Part shown: positions 1 through 15,389 of the stretch, piece after piece
Position numbering within the stretch: the stretch's first letter is position 1
How the letters are laid out: every line of letters begins with the position of its first letter
Assembly: GCA_008632985.1 (NCBI GenBank)
Contig: QPGO01000003.1
Location: forward strand, 434,001 to 498,000
DNA: 64,000 bases
Direction: 5' to 3'
Source: Psammoneis japonica
Taxonomy: Eukaryota
The notes under the pieces: model-generated
What the model saw: only the letters and a program-made list of their open reading frames with translations
The model's database searches: none
What the model was told of the DNA's origin: nothing
Program-made: the position numbers and the translations under genes

Positions 1-3000
1 TTTCACTGTCAGGCTGCCAAATTAGTGCGAGCTTAATACAAGGTGTGAAGTACTGGCTGAACATACTATCACGGACTTTCTCGCTTTCTGTTGGACGGGA
101 GCTCAGGCCTAAATCACCTTCAACTGGAGCAGTGTCTTTCGGATTCATCAGAGGGAACCAACGAACGTAAAAGGGGGACGACGGCGCAGGTATCTCGTCC
201 TTGCGCTCTTCGTAGTCGTACAAGGACTCGATACAGCAACTGATAGCCGCTCCGAGTGGAAGATGAAGGACGCCAATCTCAGCCTTTGAGTTGATTCGTT
301 CACCAACCACAGAAATGCGAATCGTCCCGCTAGTTTGTAGAGGCTCTATGTGAATTGGTAAATCATTGTCGTCAAACTTGAACTCATCCAGACTCGCAGA
401 TCCGAAATCGTATTCTTCGGGAATCAGCCGACGCCGCAACTTTCGATGCATTCGATCCTCTGGTCGAGGAGTAAGCGGGATGTCTTCATCGAATGCCCAC
501 GTTGGAGTTACTTTGGCATCCGCTGATCGACTTGTGAGGACTTCTGTTCCGTATCGAACTTTCACAGACATGCCCGTGAAATCTTCCGACAGGTTCAATG
601 CGGTTATCGGTCTAATTGTCAGCCAACCCCCCGGGTTGAGTATCGACTTCAAAGATATCTTGCACGCTTTTTCAAAAGAGTTACGAGATTCAATGATATC
701 TTCTGCCCTAGAACGCGCCCTCGACACCATTGAAGCAGGAGCAAAATTAGGAATACTCAACCTGTTGAGGAGCTCGCTGTTTGCAGGAGATGTGTCTCGA
801 TCAGCCGTACTAGTATCGATCCAGTTTACCGCGGCCGGAACAGTTTCTGTACTCGAATTGCTATTACTGTCCGTCGACAGCGACAGCAACGACGAAAGAT
901 CTTCGTCGTTTACTATAGCTTGGGCAGTGATCCAAGACTTAAGATCGCCAAGCCAAAACGTAGCTCGCAGATTTGACCTCGGACGAAAGTCGCTCGATGA
1001 CTTATCAGGCGGGAGGAGTGTTTCGCGAAAGTGGTAGGCTAGATGCCTACGGTGGAAGGAGGAACTTCCCGTGTGGAACAACATTCCTTGCTTCACAAGT
1101 GTATCCACATCAAGAATACGTTGTGCTTCCTCTTCCTCTTCTGTGGTGACTTCCTGACCGTCACTTCCAACGCCAACCAGGATATCTGTCGGTAGTTCCA
1201 ATAAGACATTGCTTGCACCTGACTGTCCGCGTCGTCTTCTGAACATGAACGGACGCAACTCGTTACTTTCCTGGCTAGAACGCATGTCATTGAGACTCGC
1301 AGAACGAACGCGGGTGCCGTCACCAGTAGTAGTCTCCGCATCCGCGCCCAGAAAAGAATCCCACGGACTAATTGCATTCAAGCGACTAAATGAAAGGCTG
1401 CGGATACTACTGACCGCGGCTTCGATGTCCAAGTCTAACGAATCAGACTGGCCTTGAAGCGGCGGTGAAGACCGCCTTTCGTTAAACGCATCAATATCGG
1501 CGACTTCTAGGGACTTTTCACTTCCTGAGGTTGATGCCATTCGATCATCTGATTCTTCACTAGGCGCTTCATCGACCTTTTCCAAAGACGTCTCCATCGG
1601 ATGTTCTTGTTTTCCGTAGCTGAGCCTTCTATTCCGTTTACTCTCCTTCGTCTGGGCGTGCATCCACCACATATATTTTGCATTTGCTACTTTCAATAAC
1701 TGTCGTTCAGGTGTGTGAGCCAATTTATCCCTCGCACTCACGTCATCAACTAAATTGACATCTTTCGATATTTTCAAACTCTGCCGGAGCTTCTTCCACG
1801 TAGCCCGGCGTGCAACATCGTCGTCTTCTTCAATTGCCGACTTCAACTTTGAACCTATCATGTTGGGGATGCGTACAACGCTAAACGGGTCTTGTAGACT
1901 TCTCTTTCTCTTGTCCGCCTCAATGGCATTCTCCAGCTGTCGCTCCATGCCAGCTCTGCTATTTCTTAACTCCGTGAGTCGTCTTTCCGAAAGCAATATA
2001 AAATAGTCCAATAGCCCTGATACAGTGTAAATCCATTGTACACGAACCTTGACCGAGCCGCGTCCTAAGTTTGTAGAGTCGTCGAGTTCACTTCGCCCAT
2101 TCCTTCCGACGAGTGGATACCAGCCAATAAGTTCCTGTTGGTTTCTGAGACTCCGAAGATACACGTTCGTTTGACCAAGATCGGAATGATAACCGACCGA
2201 CCGGAAGTTTCGGAGCCTGACTCGAATTGAATGCCCCCTTGTAACCTTCACAGCGTCAATCGGCACGTCGAAAACGAATGTCTGTTCGACCCATTTAGGA
2301 GACGTTGTCTTTTCAATGTAGTACGTTCGCTGACACGACACGCCTTTTGACAGAAAGCTTCGTTTCTTCGTTCTTTCCTTAAACACGATCTCACAGTAAG
2401 GGTTACAAAGCCCACTGAAATCTGATGGGCTCAAACCCGTAGCCTCCATCACCTCCACAACGACTTGGTGACATTGGGTTGCTGCATTACTATCGGACAA
2501 CTCTGCTATTTGTTTTGCTTGGCCTTCAATCGCATGGGCATCAAAGAATTTGCTATCAAGTTCGGTCGCCATGTTATTGTCTGGTTCCAACTCAAGGTCA
2601 GCCCGGGTGGAATTACCACGAAGAATTGGTAGCATCAGCTTTAGGCGTTGCAGTTCTTCGAGCTTGTTTTCTTCCCGACGCTGCTGTTCTCCGAGAGTAG
2701 CCAAGTGTCTCTCGACCACAGTGTGCTCATCCAAGCCGGCCTCCTCGGATGGTGATCTGTCAGAGATCACAAGTACACGCGTTGCTCCATCAGTGTCAAC
2801 CTGACAATGGAGGTAATCATCACTGAGCACTATATGGCCTTGTCTGCCCTTTTCTCCAGGACAAGGGAGAAAATCAACAAAACCAATTTCTTCAAGCTTG
2901 ACAACTTTCGTGGCACCAAAACCACCGAACTCTTCACTGTCTACGTATGGGAAAGACAAGGGCTGTCTGTTTCGGACCACGCGGCCAGTAGCATTTTCGA

Positions 3001-6000
3001 TGTCGTCAGAAACTTGCACCGAGGAATGCTTCGCATCTCGGCCTTGCCCATTTGCAGACAAAGCCACATCGTTCCTTCCGACTTTGACCACGAGCTTTTT
3101 CTGTCGCATGGGCTCCTCCCATGCATACGAACGAGACTCTCCGGGCTTCAATGACGTCCAGGGATGCCAGTCGCAACCACGCTGTCTGAAATGAATTACA
3201 TGATTTATGGCCCGATTTTCGATGCGAAACGGCGGATTCTCAATGTTTTGGGTGCGGACAAAGATAAACATGGAGTTGTGAAGTGTTCTCAGATCAACGT
3301 GCAAATCCCGAAGAACGTCAGGTAGTGGCGGAGAATCGTCAGGGTCGTTCGAAGGCCTAGTCCCGCTGTGGCGAAAATGGTTTCCGGGGAGATCAGAGTT
3401 GATGTCTGATGAATTAGAGTCCGAGCTGTTCCATCGATTCGTCTCCGATGCTTTTACTCTGAGTCTCCTAAGTCGTTCCTCAACTGTGCGAAATGTCAAG
3501 ACAACTCTCTGAAGGCTTTCTATGTCCGCCGTTTCGGAAAGTGATATGTCCCGTAGAATCCTTGTCGATCGCCGTCGCATCCTACGCGATATCTCGGCTG
3601 AATCTCGCATACTCATCTGTCTGGCGGCCGCATGTGCAATCCTTTCCTTAAGGAGCTTCATGACATCAGCAAATGGCATGCTAGCAACAGGTTCGCCGTC
3701 GACTAGTAAGAGTTCATCGCCAACATGAATGTCTGTGTGATTGAAAGCGTATTTTCCACGTTTAGCGCCTTTCACAATGATTCTTTTTTCTCCGCCCCAG
3801 TCTGTTTCGAACCACACACCGAGCTCCCCATCCCACATATCCGTCCCCTCTTGATTCCCTAATGGTGGAGGGAGAACTACCCGATACTGCGGCGAAGCTC
3901 GCGTTGACACATGTCTTAACAACCGCAAGTCCATGGCTTTTGTAGGCTTCAACGTGTAATCCCCAGTGACATCAGAACTAAAACTTGCGGTCAAATTCCA
4001 TGGATATCCAAGATCAATACGCAGCTGCCTCTCCGATCTAGTGTCGGCGAGATGAAACGGGACAAGATCAGATGGACCGGCTGTCCCAAGATACAACGCA
4101 GACGGGTGGGCCGTTGTTCCAACCGCGAAATCGTCAGAGTCGGACAGATTTGCAGCTAGAGCGACAGGTCTTCCGAAAAGCGACTCATAATGGTTGTTTT
4201 TGTCGAAACGGTCGGCGCTATGTGTGATATACCATTTTCTTGACTTGGTGTCTTTTGCATCCACGTTAACAACCGTGTCTCCGACTGTGGTATGAAGCAG
4301 CGAACTGTCTTGCCATAATCTGATGGGCTGTTCCAAGTGATTCATAAGCACGTATCTTGGGGAGAATCGAACAATCTTGGTATATCCAGACAATACAGAC
4401 GGTGCCACACTTATCGTTACAGAGAGCTCAAGAGCGCGCCCCTCCTTGCATTGCATTCTGCATGTTGAAAGATGATGGCACGTTAGATGGAGACCCATGT
4501 TGACACCGAGCGGCGCGTGACGAATATTTTCACTTACCCGACCACTTCGGTAACGCCCACAGAATCGAGGCTAAAACCAGGAGACCATTTCGAGGTGTAC
4601 CTTGAATCCACTCCTCCAAGCTGTACGCAAAGTTTCTGGTGCCCAATGGATATAACGTCCTCATGAAAGTTGAACATGAAGGCCATGGAAGAAAGACGAT
4701 CTATTGGCAGATCTTTGTCGAGGAGCTTTGCCAACACTGACGGGCTAAGACCACCTTTCCCCGGAGCTGTCGCCAGTGCACCTGGTGTTCCTGCAAACAT
4801 TGTACCCCTGTTCATATTAGGCGGCAAACCCGACTGCGGACTTATGGAACGAAAAGATTGAGTCATTTCATGCTGACTAACATAGTTCCGATTACTGCCA
4901 TCCACAGGTTTTGAGCCATCTTGCGAAGCGCTCACAACGGTTCCAGATGTATAGAAAGATGACTTCTCCTGCTTGTATCGAAGTGAATGCTCCGTCGTAT
5001 TAACAATCCAAAACGGACAAAAGAGAGCAATTCGCCTCTGACCGCCACCACCGCGCACGTTGTCGATTCTCAACGTAAGTCGCTGCCCGACACTGTCGAC
5101 GACTGTGGTCTCAGTGGCGACGTCTTCCGGTGAAAAATACTGGTCTTCGACTCTGTGAACTTTTCCTCTTTTGGTGTCACCAGAAGAAAAACCTAATTAA
5201 AAACAGTGAGGATCAATGAGATTTAGCAACGGGAATTCAACAGTCTCGTTGATTTCATACCTGTGTCTAAACCCAGTGTTCCGGAATCAACCATTCTTCT
5301 TCGCTTCTTCAGTTGGCTTCTCTTAGCCTTAGGCTGATACTGAGGATTTTGAATCATGAATAATTTCCCTTGTCCTCGTTTGTCAGGCGAATCAATTATA
5401 TCTGTAATAGTCTTCCCAACCTGTTTCGTGCCCTTTGTCACTGCTTTTCCGATAGTCTTCAATCGTACACGCTGGTGAGAGCCAAGGCCGAAACCTTCTC
5501 ATGAAAAACGAAAAAAGAGTGCAATGTGGGCTCCGAATCCGCAACACATTGCAACCACTATTCGCCAGCTATCTTACCTCGGTTTGTCACAGATCCATGG
5601 TGCACGAGTGCGCCTTCGCCGACAGGCGTTCGACAGTATCCAAGATTGATCAACAATAGCAGAGGTGCATCAAGCCCGACGGAGTGAACAGGGACGCGCT
5701 CACCAGGTTGTAAATCAGCAAACCAGAGTACAGTGCGTCGAGAAGCGTGCATAAGCTCGAAGCGGCCGCCTTCTGGGAGTAGATTCTCAATTACTAGAGG
5801 GGGGTGTATAATCAGCGAATAAGAAACAGGGCCATGTACAAAGGGATTTGGCGACACCGCCTCGCGCTGCGGCGATTTCCCGTCGTCAGTACGGTCCTTT
5901 CCTATGAGAGCAGGGCCTCGATCTTTCGATATCAGCGGACTTCGTCTTATCTCGACCACATAACAGAATGGAGCGAACGACACACCCTCTTCCCGCTCTG

Positions 6001-9000
6001 ATAAAGGACAAGAAACCTGTATGCCACTACTTATCTTCTCCGACGGAAGATCTTCCCCATTTCCACTAGCAAAAAACATAGCTGACTCATGTACAACCTT
6101 GGCAAACTGAATGGGTCGAGAACAATAGTCGGCGCGTTCTGGGGTGGCGTTATCTTCCTCGAAAGCGTCGAAGAGATGTTCATCACGTTCAGGACGAATC
6201 CATAGACAACCGAGGTGACTGCCACTTCCGGAATTTTGCAGTGCAGCCTCTAATAGAAGCGTTGGGATATGATGCGTCTCACCAGATTGAATTCGTTCGC
6301 GGTAACTCTCAGTTTCGCGATTTACATCGGAAATTGATCCCTTCATTCCATGATCCACATTATCAGAAGGCGTGGCCCCAGTAGAAGCAGATTCTACATG
6401 TGCAACCGGTTGGTGTCTAGGATCTGGGTGGCAAGTCAAGAAAATCGCGTGCGACGTATTGTTCCGAACCTCAAACGGAGTTCTTACTGTAATGAGGCGT
6501 CCTCCGTTTTCAAGCCCGACCTCGGTAAGAAGCTTTAAGGCATTCTCTAGCCTCCAGTCCTGTCTGATTTTCAAACGAACCTTGGCTGATCTGGGAACGA
6601 GGTCATCGAATCTCCTTCCGGATGTATCAACTGAGAGAGCCTGAATCCAAGCGAATCCTGGGATCTGCACATCAATGGTATGCATCATACTTTCATCACT
6701 GCGTTTGTTTCTGGAGCTATTCTGTAGGCCAGGAAATGGCACCTCTGAAACATCCAGGTTTCTCAGCATCGACATAGTAGCTTTGAAATCCAGCCGTGTC
6801 GATTCGAGGTGTTCCAAGTAGGTAAGTGTTGTTCGAGAACTGCTTGCTTTGAGTAAAGTTTCTTGATGAATACGAATTTTCTGGCCAGTCAGATTGAGAA
6901 AGGAGAATGCCACACGTTCGCCGCTCTTCATCGGTTTTGGAACTTCGTGAACAAAGTCAGAGCGTCGACCTCGGGATAATCTGGTCTCCTCAATCGCCAT
7001 TCCTGTGCGTTCATTCCAATTGCTTTTTTTCAGAAACGGGTACACACTCATCAAGTCTTTCTCCTCTTGCGAAGACTCGCCAAAGGCCTGAGATATTGAG
7101 CGCTTCAACGTGTTGATGGTCTCGTCGAGGGTCACGAGCAGCGCACCTGTCACGTTAACATGAAGCGGGCTGTCTGAATTAAGAGATAGACCTTGCCCCC
7201 TGCTGCGTGACTTTTCGTATAAGAGTATGCACTGATACGGTTCCAACAGTGGCTCCCAACTCCGGGTAATACCGAGCTTGAAATAGTCTGCCCAGAAATG
7301 GCAGTCGATGGCGACCTGAAGGTCCTCGGTGGGCGCTTCTCTGACGTTAGATTCTATATTGTAGTGAGACGAGCCAAGCTGTGATGCTGTGCAAGCAATA
7401 GATGATACCGACAACACTGCTACTGGCAGATGCATTCCGAGTACGGGGTCGACAATGTAAAGGCGAAGGCTGCCAATTTGAGAGCAAAAAGAAAAACTTG
7501 ATTCGCCCTGTGCTTGGCTGGCTTCCGGTTTTGATTCGTCGGCTGTACTGTCGTTTTCGTTCGTACCACTTGCGCCCCCTTTTGCTAGGTTTATCAAGAG
7601 TTTGGAAGCAATAGGAAGCAGTTCCCATACAACCATGAATTCACAAGCAACAGGCGATCCTAGTGAACGTGCCGGATGAATGACTGGTGAGCAAATCGTA
7701 GGAGGAGGAAGACACCATGGTTTTACTTCGATCTCAGACGACGTCACGCTACAGCTGGAGCTTGCATAATGGTTCGGGCCAGCCATAAAAGGGATTTGTA
7801 CGTTGAAACTAGTGAAGTTGGTCAGGCTGTCAAAGTCGTAACGCAAAGCGAGCGAGAGCCCATCCACTAATGTCCTCGCCCCGTGACCTGAAACGTCAAT
7901 GCCCAGTTGGCCTCTGCATAATGCTGGTGACTGGAACTCTTCAGCAACACCGAGCGACAAGTTCGTAGTAGCGATTTCTTGAGAAGCGAATGATCCAAGG
8001 GATTTATAATGAAACCACAAACCAGATCTGCATTCAACGCGAACACAGGGAGAATGCGTAGAAACATGGCTGCCAGGGATTGTGAGATGCGGGTGTAGAA
8101 GCCAGAGGCGGAAGTCTGTATTCATGCCTGTTGGCTCGCAGGACTTCTCAGCATTATCATCACTTCCAGAATCGTTGGATTCCCTGGGTTTCCTCTTTGC
8201 TCTCTTCAGTATATCTACTCTTTGCGCTGCTTCGAAGGCGGGGTGTCCAAATGCGGCATCAGAAAAGTAACTGGAGAAAACATCGAGAAGAATCCATATG
8301 GGAGATAGATCGAACATGACTGCATTGGCACCGTCGACTCCGAGATTTATCAGGCTCCAGTTTGGAGTCATGAAAACAGAAAACTGAAACGGCTGCTTCA
8401 ATCCTCTATCAAAAGTGTTGCCTCCGCAATCTAGACCCCATGATAAATCAGCCCACGCGCCTTGAGCGAAAGGAGGCACATCGTGTTTGTCTTCTTCGCG
8501 CTTCACAGCAAATAACTCCGAGAACACGTTGCCTTTTCTGTTGTCGAGTATTTCGAACCCATTCGCACCCGATCCCATGCGCAAGAGCCCGACGCTGTCA
8601 GTTGCAACGTGCACAACCAAATCGCGAGTTCGAAGGCTGAGGGATTTCGACCCGATAGGGATGTCATCCCCTTTTGTGCGTGGCATCATCGAAAACGTCT
8701 TCGGATCATGCGAAAAATAACCAGGTGCATCAAACGAACAAGAGAGTGAAAACTCGCGAAAGAAACAAGCCAGCTCAAATGATACAGCGGTAAGATCTTT
8801 CAAGCATCGCACGTAAAGATCCGTACCATACTCTGGGAAGTCCACAGACGGTTTTTTCTGTCGAGCCGATTCTTCAATTCGTTTGTCAGAGTAAGGGAAC
8901 AGGACTGGGAGTTCCTGCATGTTTGAATACCAGAGAGAAAAGAGCATATACATTTGTGACATACGCGCGTCCAAACCCAGTGGTACTGCGTCGTTGGAAG

Positions 9001-12000
9001 CGATATCAATGCAATCTGCAATCAGAAGTCGCAAATGCGGTGCATAATCCACAAGCACATGAATCGACAGGGGCGTGATGCTGATTTCTTCCCACTTCCT
9101 CTTCATTTTCTCAGCTGCAGCTCTCCTATTCATTCTTGCGTCGCTCAGGTCGAAGTGAATATCGTCCCGCACCTCGTACACGCATTCGTCCTTATCAACT
9201 CTATGTGCTATGCGGTGGAACCTATGGAACCGTACATTATCGAAATCTGCTTCGGCTAAACGGTTGGAAAGGGCCGAAAACATTCTCATCCCTTCGCATA
9301 GCACAGATATTCTGCTAATCCATTTTTTGTCAAAAGACGAACAAATATCCCCCCCCAGTAAACCTTTACTGATACCCCCTTTCGGTGCAGAGGAATCCCT
9401 GATCCGGTCGACACAATCAACACAATCCTGGAACTCCGTATCCAGCGGAATATCACTAACAGAGGAGTTGAAACTATCAGTCGCAACGTCCGGCACGTCG
9501 GTCGAGGTCTCAGCAGATGTAGGTGGGCCCAGTTGATCATTGGGCCACATTTGTTTCTCTCCTGAAAAAGGCGTTGTCTCTGTTGGGAGCGACCAAGTGC
9601 CCTCATGGTAGGTATTGAAAACAGTAATACCATCAACCTGAACGGCAAGAAGTTCACTCCCCATGCTTGACCGAGGTATGACCAACGACGAATCCTCTAC
9701 AACAACCCGGTAGAGAAGCGGTGGAGGCGGATTTCCGTTGTCGTCTACGAGCGGATTTCCCTTTCTCAGCTTGCTCAACAAGAGCCCCAGCCCAAACTCA
9801 GCAGAGAAGAACTGGATCAACTCGTTGATATGCTGACGCACGACAAGCACTCTGCAGCTCGAAAGCGTTAAATCCAGCACAGTAGATTGCGTCCACGTAT
9901 TGCTTCGTTGTTTAATCTCCAACAAAAGGCTAACACCTTTGTGATCTGCAAGAGGTGTAATGATACTGGGGTATGTTTGACCCTCGGGGGTCAAATTTAG
10001 CATTGAAAAAGACCGCGCTGAAAGACTAACGTCGATCTGTGAGTGGTCGTTTCGAATAGAAACATCCTCCAGTATGAAGGTGGTGAATGGAACAAGCTCG
10101 TCGGATGCCATCAACAAGGTAAATGATGTAGATTTGCACACAACTGACGGCGCAATTTGAGGGCCGTCATAGTGCGGATCAGTCGTCGAGTCTGTAGTAG
10201 ATGCCTTTTCCGTCTGTCGAGATAATGCTTGCGCTATGTTGCGCATTGACTCGAGCACGCCACTGGTTACAGACTGGGAGAAAAACACCTCGCAGTCACC
10301 AATGATGATGTCATCAAGTAGCTCCTGAGATCTTTCAGTGTCATTCGCATTCTCCTCATGTGCTAGAGCTCGTATTGACATTCCACCGCATCCAAATTCC
10401 TGTCCTTTATCGATTTGGAACCTGCTGAAAATCATGCCACTGTTTTCAGACAAGAAAGTTTCTACGTCAGAGAGTTTTTCTGTCGCGGAAACGGCCTCCT
10501 CTCGAGAAACGTCGTCAGCCCCTGGCTGCGACTGTTTGAGCGTAAGAGGTTTTCGTTTCCCTATAGTCACAACATGAATCCCCGCTCCGTCACGCACGGC
10601 GAGAACGGAAACGTTGCAAGCTACATGAAAGTCGTAAAATAGATTCACCATCGAAATGGTGCCCCCCTGTTCTAGATCAACAACAAAGATCTCTCTGTAC
10701 TGCTGACCGTTCACGTGTCTTTCTTCTATCAATGACAGAAAATATTGCACTGTCTTTTCAACAGCGTTACTAATGGTGGTCTCGACAATATCAAGGGTCT
10801 CCTCCGAGTCGTCGTCGAAAACCTCGTCGTCTTCATAACCTGCGGAAGCAGGTAGATGCTCCATTTTTGATGCATTCGTGTGGGAACCCATGGCTTCTTC
10901 GCTGGATGAAAGCTCCATCAAAACTTGTGCATGGGATCTTTTCATGATTTCTATATCCGCGAGAAAGTTTGCGACGGCTCTTGCAGCACACTGCTCAGCT
11001 TCGTCCGTTGTCAATCCGAGCACTGAAAGACGATCCGTACAAATATTCGTTGCAAACTCCAACGGCTCTTCTGCTGGATATTCAAGGTCAAAACAAGAAA
11101 GGAAAGACAGATAGTCCGAGATGGCCTCTTCCAAGATTATTTCCTTCTTTTTCAACGACAAGGAGACGAAGTCAGTGTCCCACTTGTCCGTAACCAAAGA
11201 CACTCGTATTCTCCCGAATCTTGCATCCACAGACTGCAAAACGTGACCAGATAAAACTGCTACTCTAGGCGTCAACTGCACTGGGCGTTTCGCTGACGCA
11301 CCACCAGAAACTCCTACAAGAGCCTGTACGCATGCGGAGATCACTTCGAGCCTAGCCTTTGATATGAGGCAGAGAAGCGGTGATACGTGCACAACAACTT
11401 GGTGATCTGGAGAGTTACCGTCAATCTCAAAATTGGACGCTCGCGAGAACAGCAACTCTGCGTCCAACGGCATCTCTAGAAGGCTAGAAGTACCAACCAA
11501 GGACATCTGAGCTTCTGGTTTGGATGCTACGGTACAGTCGATTCCACTAAAAGCTATTACCTGTTGTGATGGAGAACGTGTGAAAAATAGTTATGTGTGA
11601 GCGACTTCATAACAACGCAAGAGTTTCAAAATAAGACACATTACCCACAGCGTGCTGTTGAGCGAAGGGACGCCGGCTCTCGAGATTTTTTTCAACATCA
11701 AGCATTCCTAGCTTTCGGCGCGCGCCGTCATCCTCATTACCGTGCGAAGCTGGCGTTGAATAAGACCGTGTCTCTCCCCCCTGTAGTTTGGTCAAATCAT
11801 CGACATAATCACCAAAATATAATTCAAAAAGGCCCACGGATAGTGACACACTGGCCGCGTGAACAGGAGTTGCAGCTGCAGAACCAAACGCATTTTCAGT
11901 CCCCGAATCAAGCGATTCCTTGTCTTCTGCAAGTGCGTCACGAACGAGCGGTATAATAAGCTCGAAACCGTGAATTCGCAATGCAGCATTTGCGCTGACT

Positions 12001-15000
12001 CGCGCCGACGGTCGCCGAACCTGTTTTTCGATATGTTTTGCAAGATAAGATCTTGCAGTCTCGTATGCCGACATTGGAATCACACTGCCAGGATATCTTA
12101 CGTCCGTCGCAAAGAAATCGCCGAGCTTGCTCAACGATGTTCTTTCCAAGGTAGCTGTGATTTTAGAAAGATCGCATTGAATATGCTTGTCTTTTTCGTC
12201 CACATCAAGCAAGTAAGCTACCAAGGCCTTCTCCTGGCGAACGACTGCGCTTTCTGAGTTTGCGCCCTGTCCATCAGAAACTGCTTCCACTGAACGGTTC
12301 TGCTCTACATCATCTGTCTGCAACGATTCTGATCGAACTAGAGTCAGAGACTCAGATCCCAGAATTTCTAATTGAGACACAGACAAAGACGCATTGTGTG
12401 ATCCCACGCTACTGCCATTCAGTAGGAAAATAACGTCTGTCACAACGACATGCAAAATGCTGTTTGGCGCGCCAAAGAGAAGAAAGTCGTTGGAAGACAT
12501 GATGTTTATGTCCAGTGAAAGATCTTCGCTGTTCAACTCTCCCAACCCTTCCGGATCCGTGAAGTCAGACGAGCCCACAGACAACTCTGAAACATCATCG
12601 CTCTGATCTTCCCCGTCGAAAAAGCCAATGGAGCCGTACCGTTTCGACGCTTGCGAAGGTTCAGGAGACGCTCGCAAATCGTGATTGCTATCACATAGCA
12701 TTAGTTCAACACTCTGAAACTTGAGTGAAAAGGAAAACCGAATGATTCGCTTGCTCTCGGCGGTCGATCCCGTCTCAGAACCTCGTGTAACTTTCGAATG
12801 GGCCGACTTAGCTGTCTTAAATGTTTTGACAGTCTTCGCGTCATGATCTCCACGGTGATCTTTCGAGAACGAAACAGCTCGTATTCCTTTCTTGGATATC
12901 GGAATAGGCCTCTCCATTGGCTCCAACGACGGGACATCAGCAGCCGCGTTTCTTTGGCTGCTGCCAAGAGACATAGCATTGCTGTCCATGTCAGGAAAAA
13001 ATCTGTCGTTCGTAGCAAGTGGGAGAAAGTCATGATTATGCGGTTCTGCTTCTTCGTCCTCCACTGCTGATTCTGCGGTTGAGTCTTTGTCGTTGTCCTC
13101 TGCCAACAGTCGACGACTTCGGGCATTCTTTGCTTTCAGGCGAAGTGGTGACAAAAATTCGCCGTTCTGGATTTCATTCTCTTGGTCCAAATCAGCCTCA
13201 TGAGTTGAAGAATATCGAGGTGCATGACCCCCTTCTTCTGAATTAGAATCACTAGAAGCGTCTCGTAAGAAGTCGCCAAGGTTGCCACCGCCATGCATTT
13301 CTAGAATAGAGTCTGGCATGGAATCAAGTCCGCGAACACCCAGAGCTCGAGCAATGGATCGGTACAACAAAATCTGTTCAACTTGTAACTCGTCTTCCAT
13401 TTCTGATAGCTGCTCCTCGCCAGCTTGTATTTCTGACAAGTGTGCCAATCTTGCATGAAAGGCGCGACGCTCCAATCTAATCATTATGTACAAATCCACG
13501 TATTCCTTCCGAAGATAGCGCTGCTTCTTCCAGTCAAAGGCCGTTAGGGATGGCTTAAAGACTGCTCGTAAATGCCTTCGTCGCCGAAGCTGCCATAAAA
13601 CACAGGAAAAGGCGTACTTCCACCATTCTTTTACAACCGCGGATCGTTCCGAATGAGTCTCAGGTTGTAAAAGATGTAGCCGAACTAACTTGTTGCTCGC
13701 GGGAGTTTGCAGAGTGTACGAATCTGTCTTGCTACGTTGAAGTGCTGGAGGCTGCACAGCAGAGGATGGCGTGGTTTGCCCGTCATTGATAGACGGAGGT
13801 GCCAGAGGAGTCTCCACCATTACAGACCGTTTCACTTGAGCTCCACCAGGAACAAGTTCCGAGAGAATAGAGCGGGCCGGTCTACCGTTTCTCATTTTGG
13901 CCTGTGCAGAAGAGAACACGTGGACTAAGCCGTGGTGCCGCTTTGTACAAAGAGTCCGAATATCGCCAAAGAAAATATTGACATCGAAGTGAGGCGTGGC
14001 AATCATAGCATCGTTGGAGTTTGATACAATGGAGGATCTGTGAGTCGATGACCGGGTATCAGCATGAGATACGGCGTCCGCCCAAAGGTTGGACTTCAAA
14101 TCAATTGCGGAGTCGGTCCCTGTGCTAATGAGCGTGGCGCGCCTCGTCGGTCTACCGACTCCCTTGGTGGTTGGCAAAGGAGCAACTTCTGCCTTCGAGT
14201 CAGACGTATCCGATTCTTTCGCCGTCCCAGAGTCCTGAACACTAGCCACCGACGCACTTCCTCGATCTCGCTTCCCTCTGCGAGCTTTGCTCGATGCCGT
14301 TGTTTCCTCCGTTTCGACAGTGTGATGGTCTTCCACCGATAACGACGTCTTTCGTATCAGTTTTGAATTAGAAGACGGGTAGAAAATGGATACAAAAATG
14401 TCAACTTCTGATGGTCGCAGCAGGTAGTCGTCAGCTGTGACAGACGTTGAGAATTTGAATTCCCGTGGCACACGCCTTAGCTTGTTGGTTTCCTCTCGTA
14501 CAAACAACCCCAGACCACGAATCTTGAGTTGCTTGTCCACTTGACGATCACCTGCATCCAATTCAGTCTCATTTTCGACCTTACTCTCTTGGGCGTCTGA
14601 AGAAGAACTCGCATTGGATGCTACCCCAAGCAAGCTGGCCCTCCTCTCTGTCATGTCCTCTACATGAGTTCCAGCCTCCATTGAATGACAAATAACCCCG
14701 ATCTCAACTCCATCCTGCATCATGACAATTCTAACATTGCGTATCGAAGCCTGGAGACCAGCAAAGAATCGCCAGAGAAAGGAGGAGGTAATCGATTTCA
14801 ACCATTTATCCAGTCGCCCAGCCACTGCTTCCTCCGCTGCTTCTTGCAGATCCAAAGCCTCCTCTTGTACATGGCTCGGTTTTTGCTTCATGGCGGGCGA
14901 TACTGGAAGTCCCTGCAGCATAAGTCGTTCCGCTTCTCGCAACTGTTCTTGTTTCACTTCTCTAGCTTCTTCCCCATCCTCTTCCACGCCGTTACCGGTT

Positions 15001-15389
15001 CCTTGCTTATTATTATTGGGCCGCGCAGCAGAGTCGATGATATCATTACAATTTGTTTGCGATTCAAATCCAACCACAAGCACCACATCCGACAATGTGA
15101 CGCGCACATCTCCGGCACCCCATACAAGTCGTTTCCAGGGGATTTGAACTCGAAAATGGCCAATTTCAGATTTCAACAGAGTCAGCAAAAGCGGGGGTCG
15201 CTCATCTACTTTGGTGGGTGTGCTTGTTAAGTCGCGTAGAATCGGATTAATGGACTCGCGCTTCAGACAGACTTCCTTCAGGGACAAATCACCAGACCAT
15301 ATTCCTAGCTGCAACTGCTCTGGATCGAACTCGAGATATTTAGATAAAAGATCCGTAAGCCCCTTGGAGGGGTTCATAAACGAAGACAT
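1..15389 (-). CDS. VPS13: VPS13 family bridge-like lipid transfer protein (chorein-N, VAB/SHR-BD repeats, PDZ-like and two C2 domains); multi-exon, 3' end runs off the left edge
   Basis: N-terminal chorein motif LLSKYLEFDPEQLQLGIWSGDLSLKEV; later WEPLLEP, PLVIENLLP, PFWIVNTT, PPFRIENR and VDTDGATRVLVISD motifs. ORFs 11607-15422, 5558-11506, 5223-5462 and 4534-5073 are joined by GT-AG introns at about 11561-11644, 5497-5577, 5193-5260 and 4458-4537. First in-frame ATG at 15389. Confidence 0.92.

Noticed and set aside
366..1037. 223-aa plus-strand ORF and similar ORFs opposite host genes
   Set aside because: Antisense shadows of VPS13 and other genuine coding exons.
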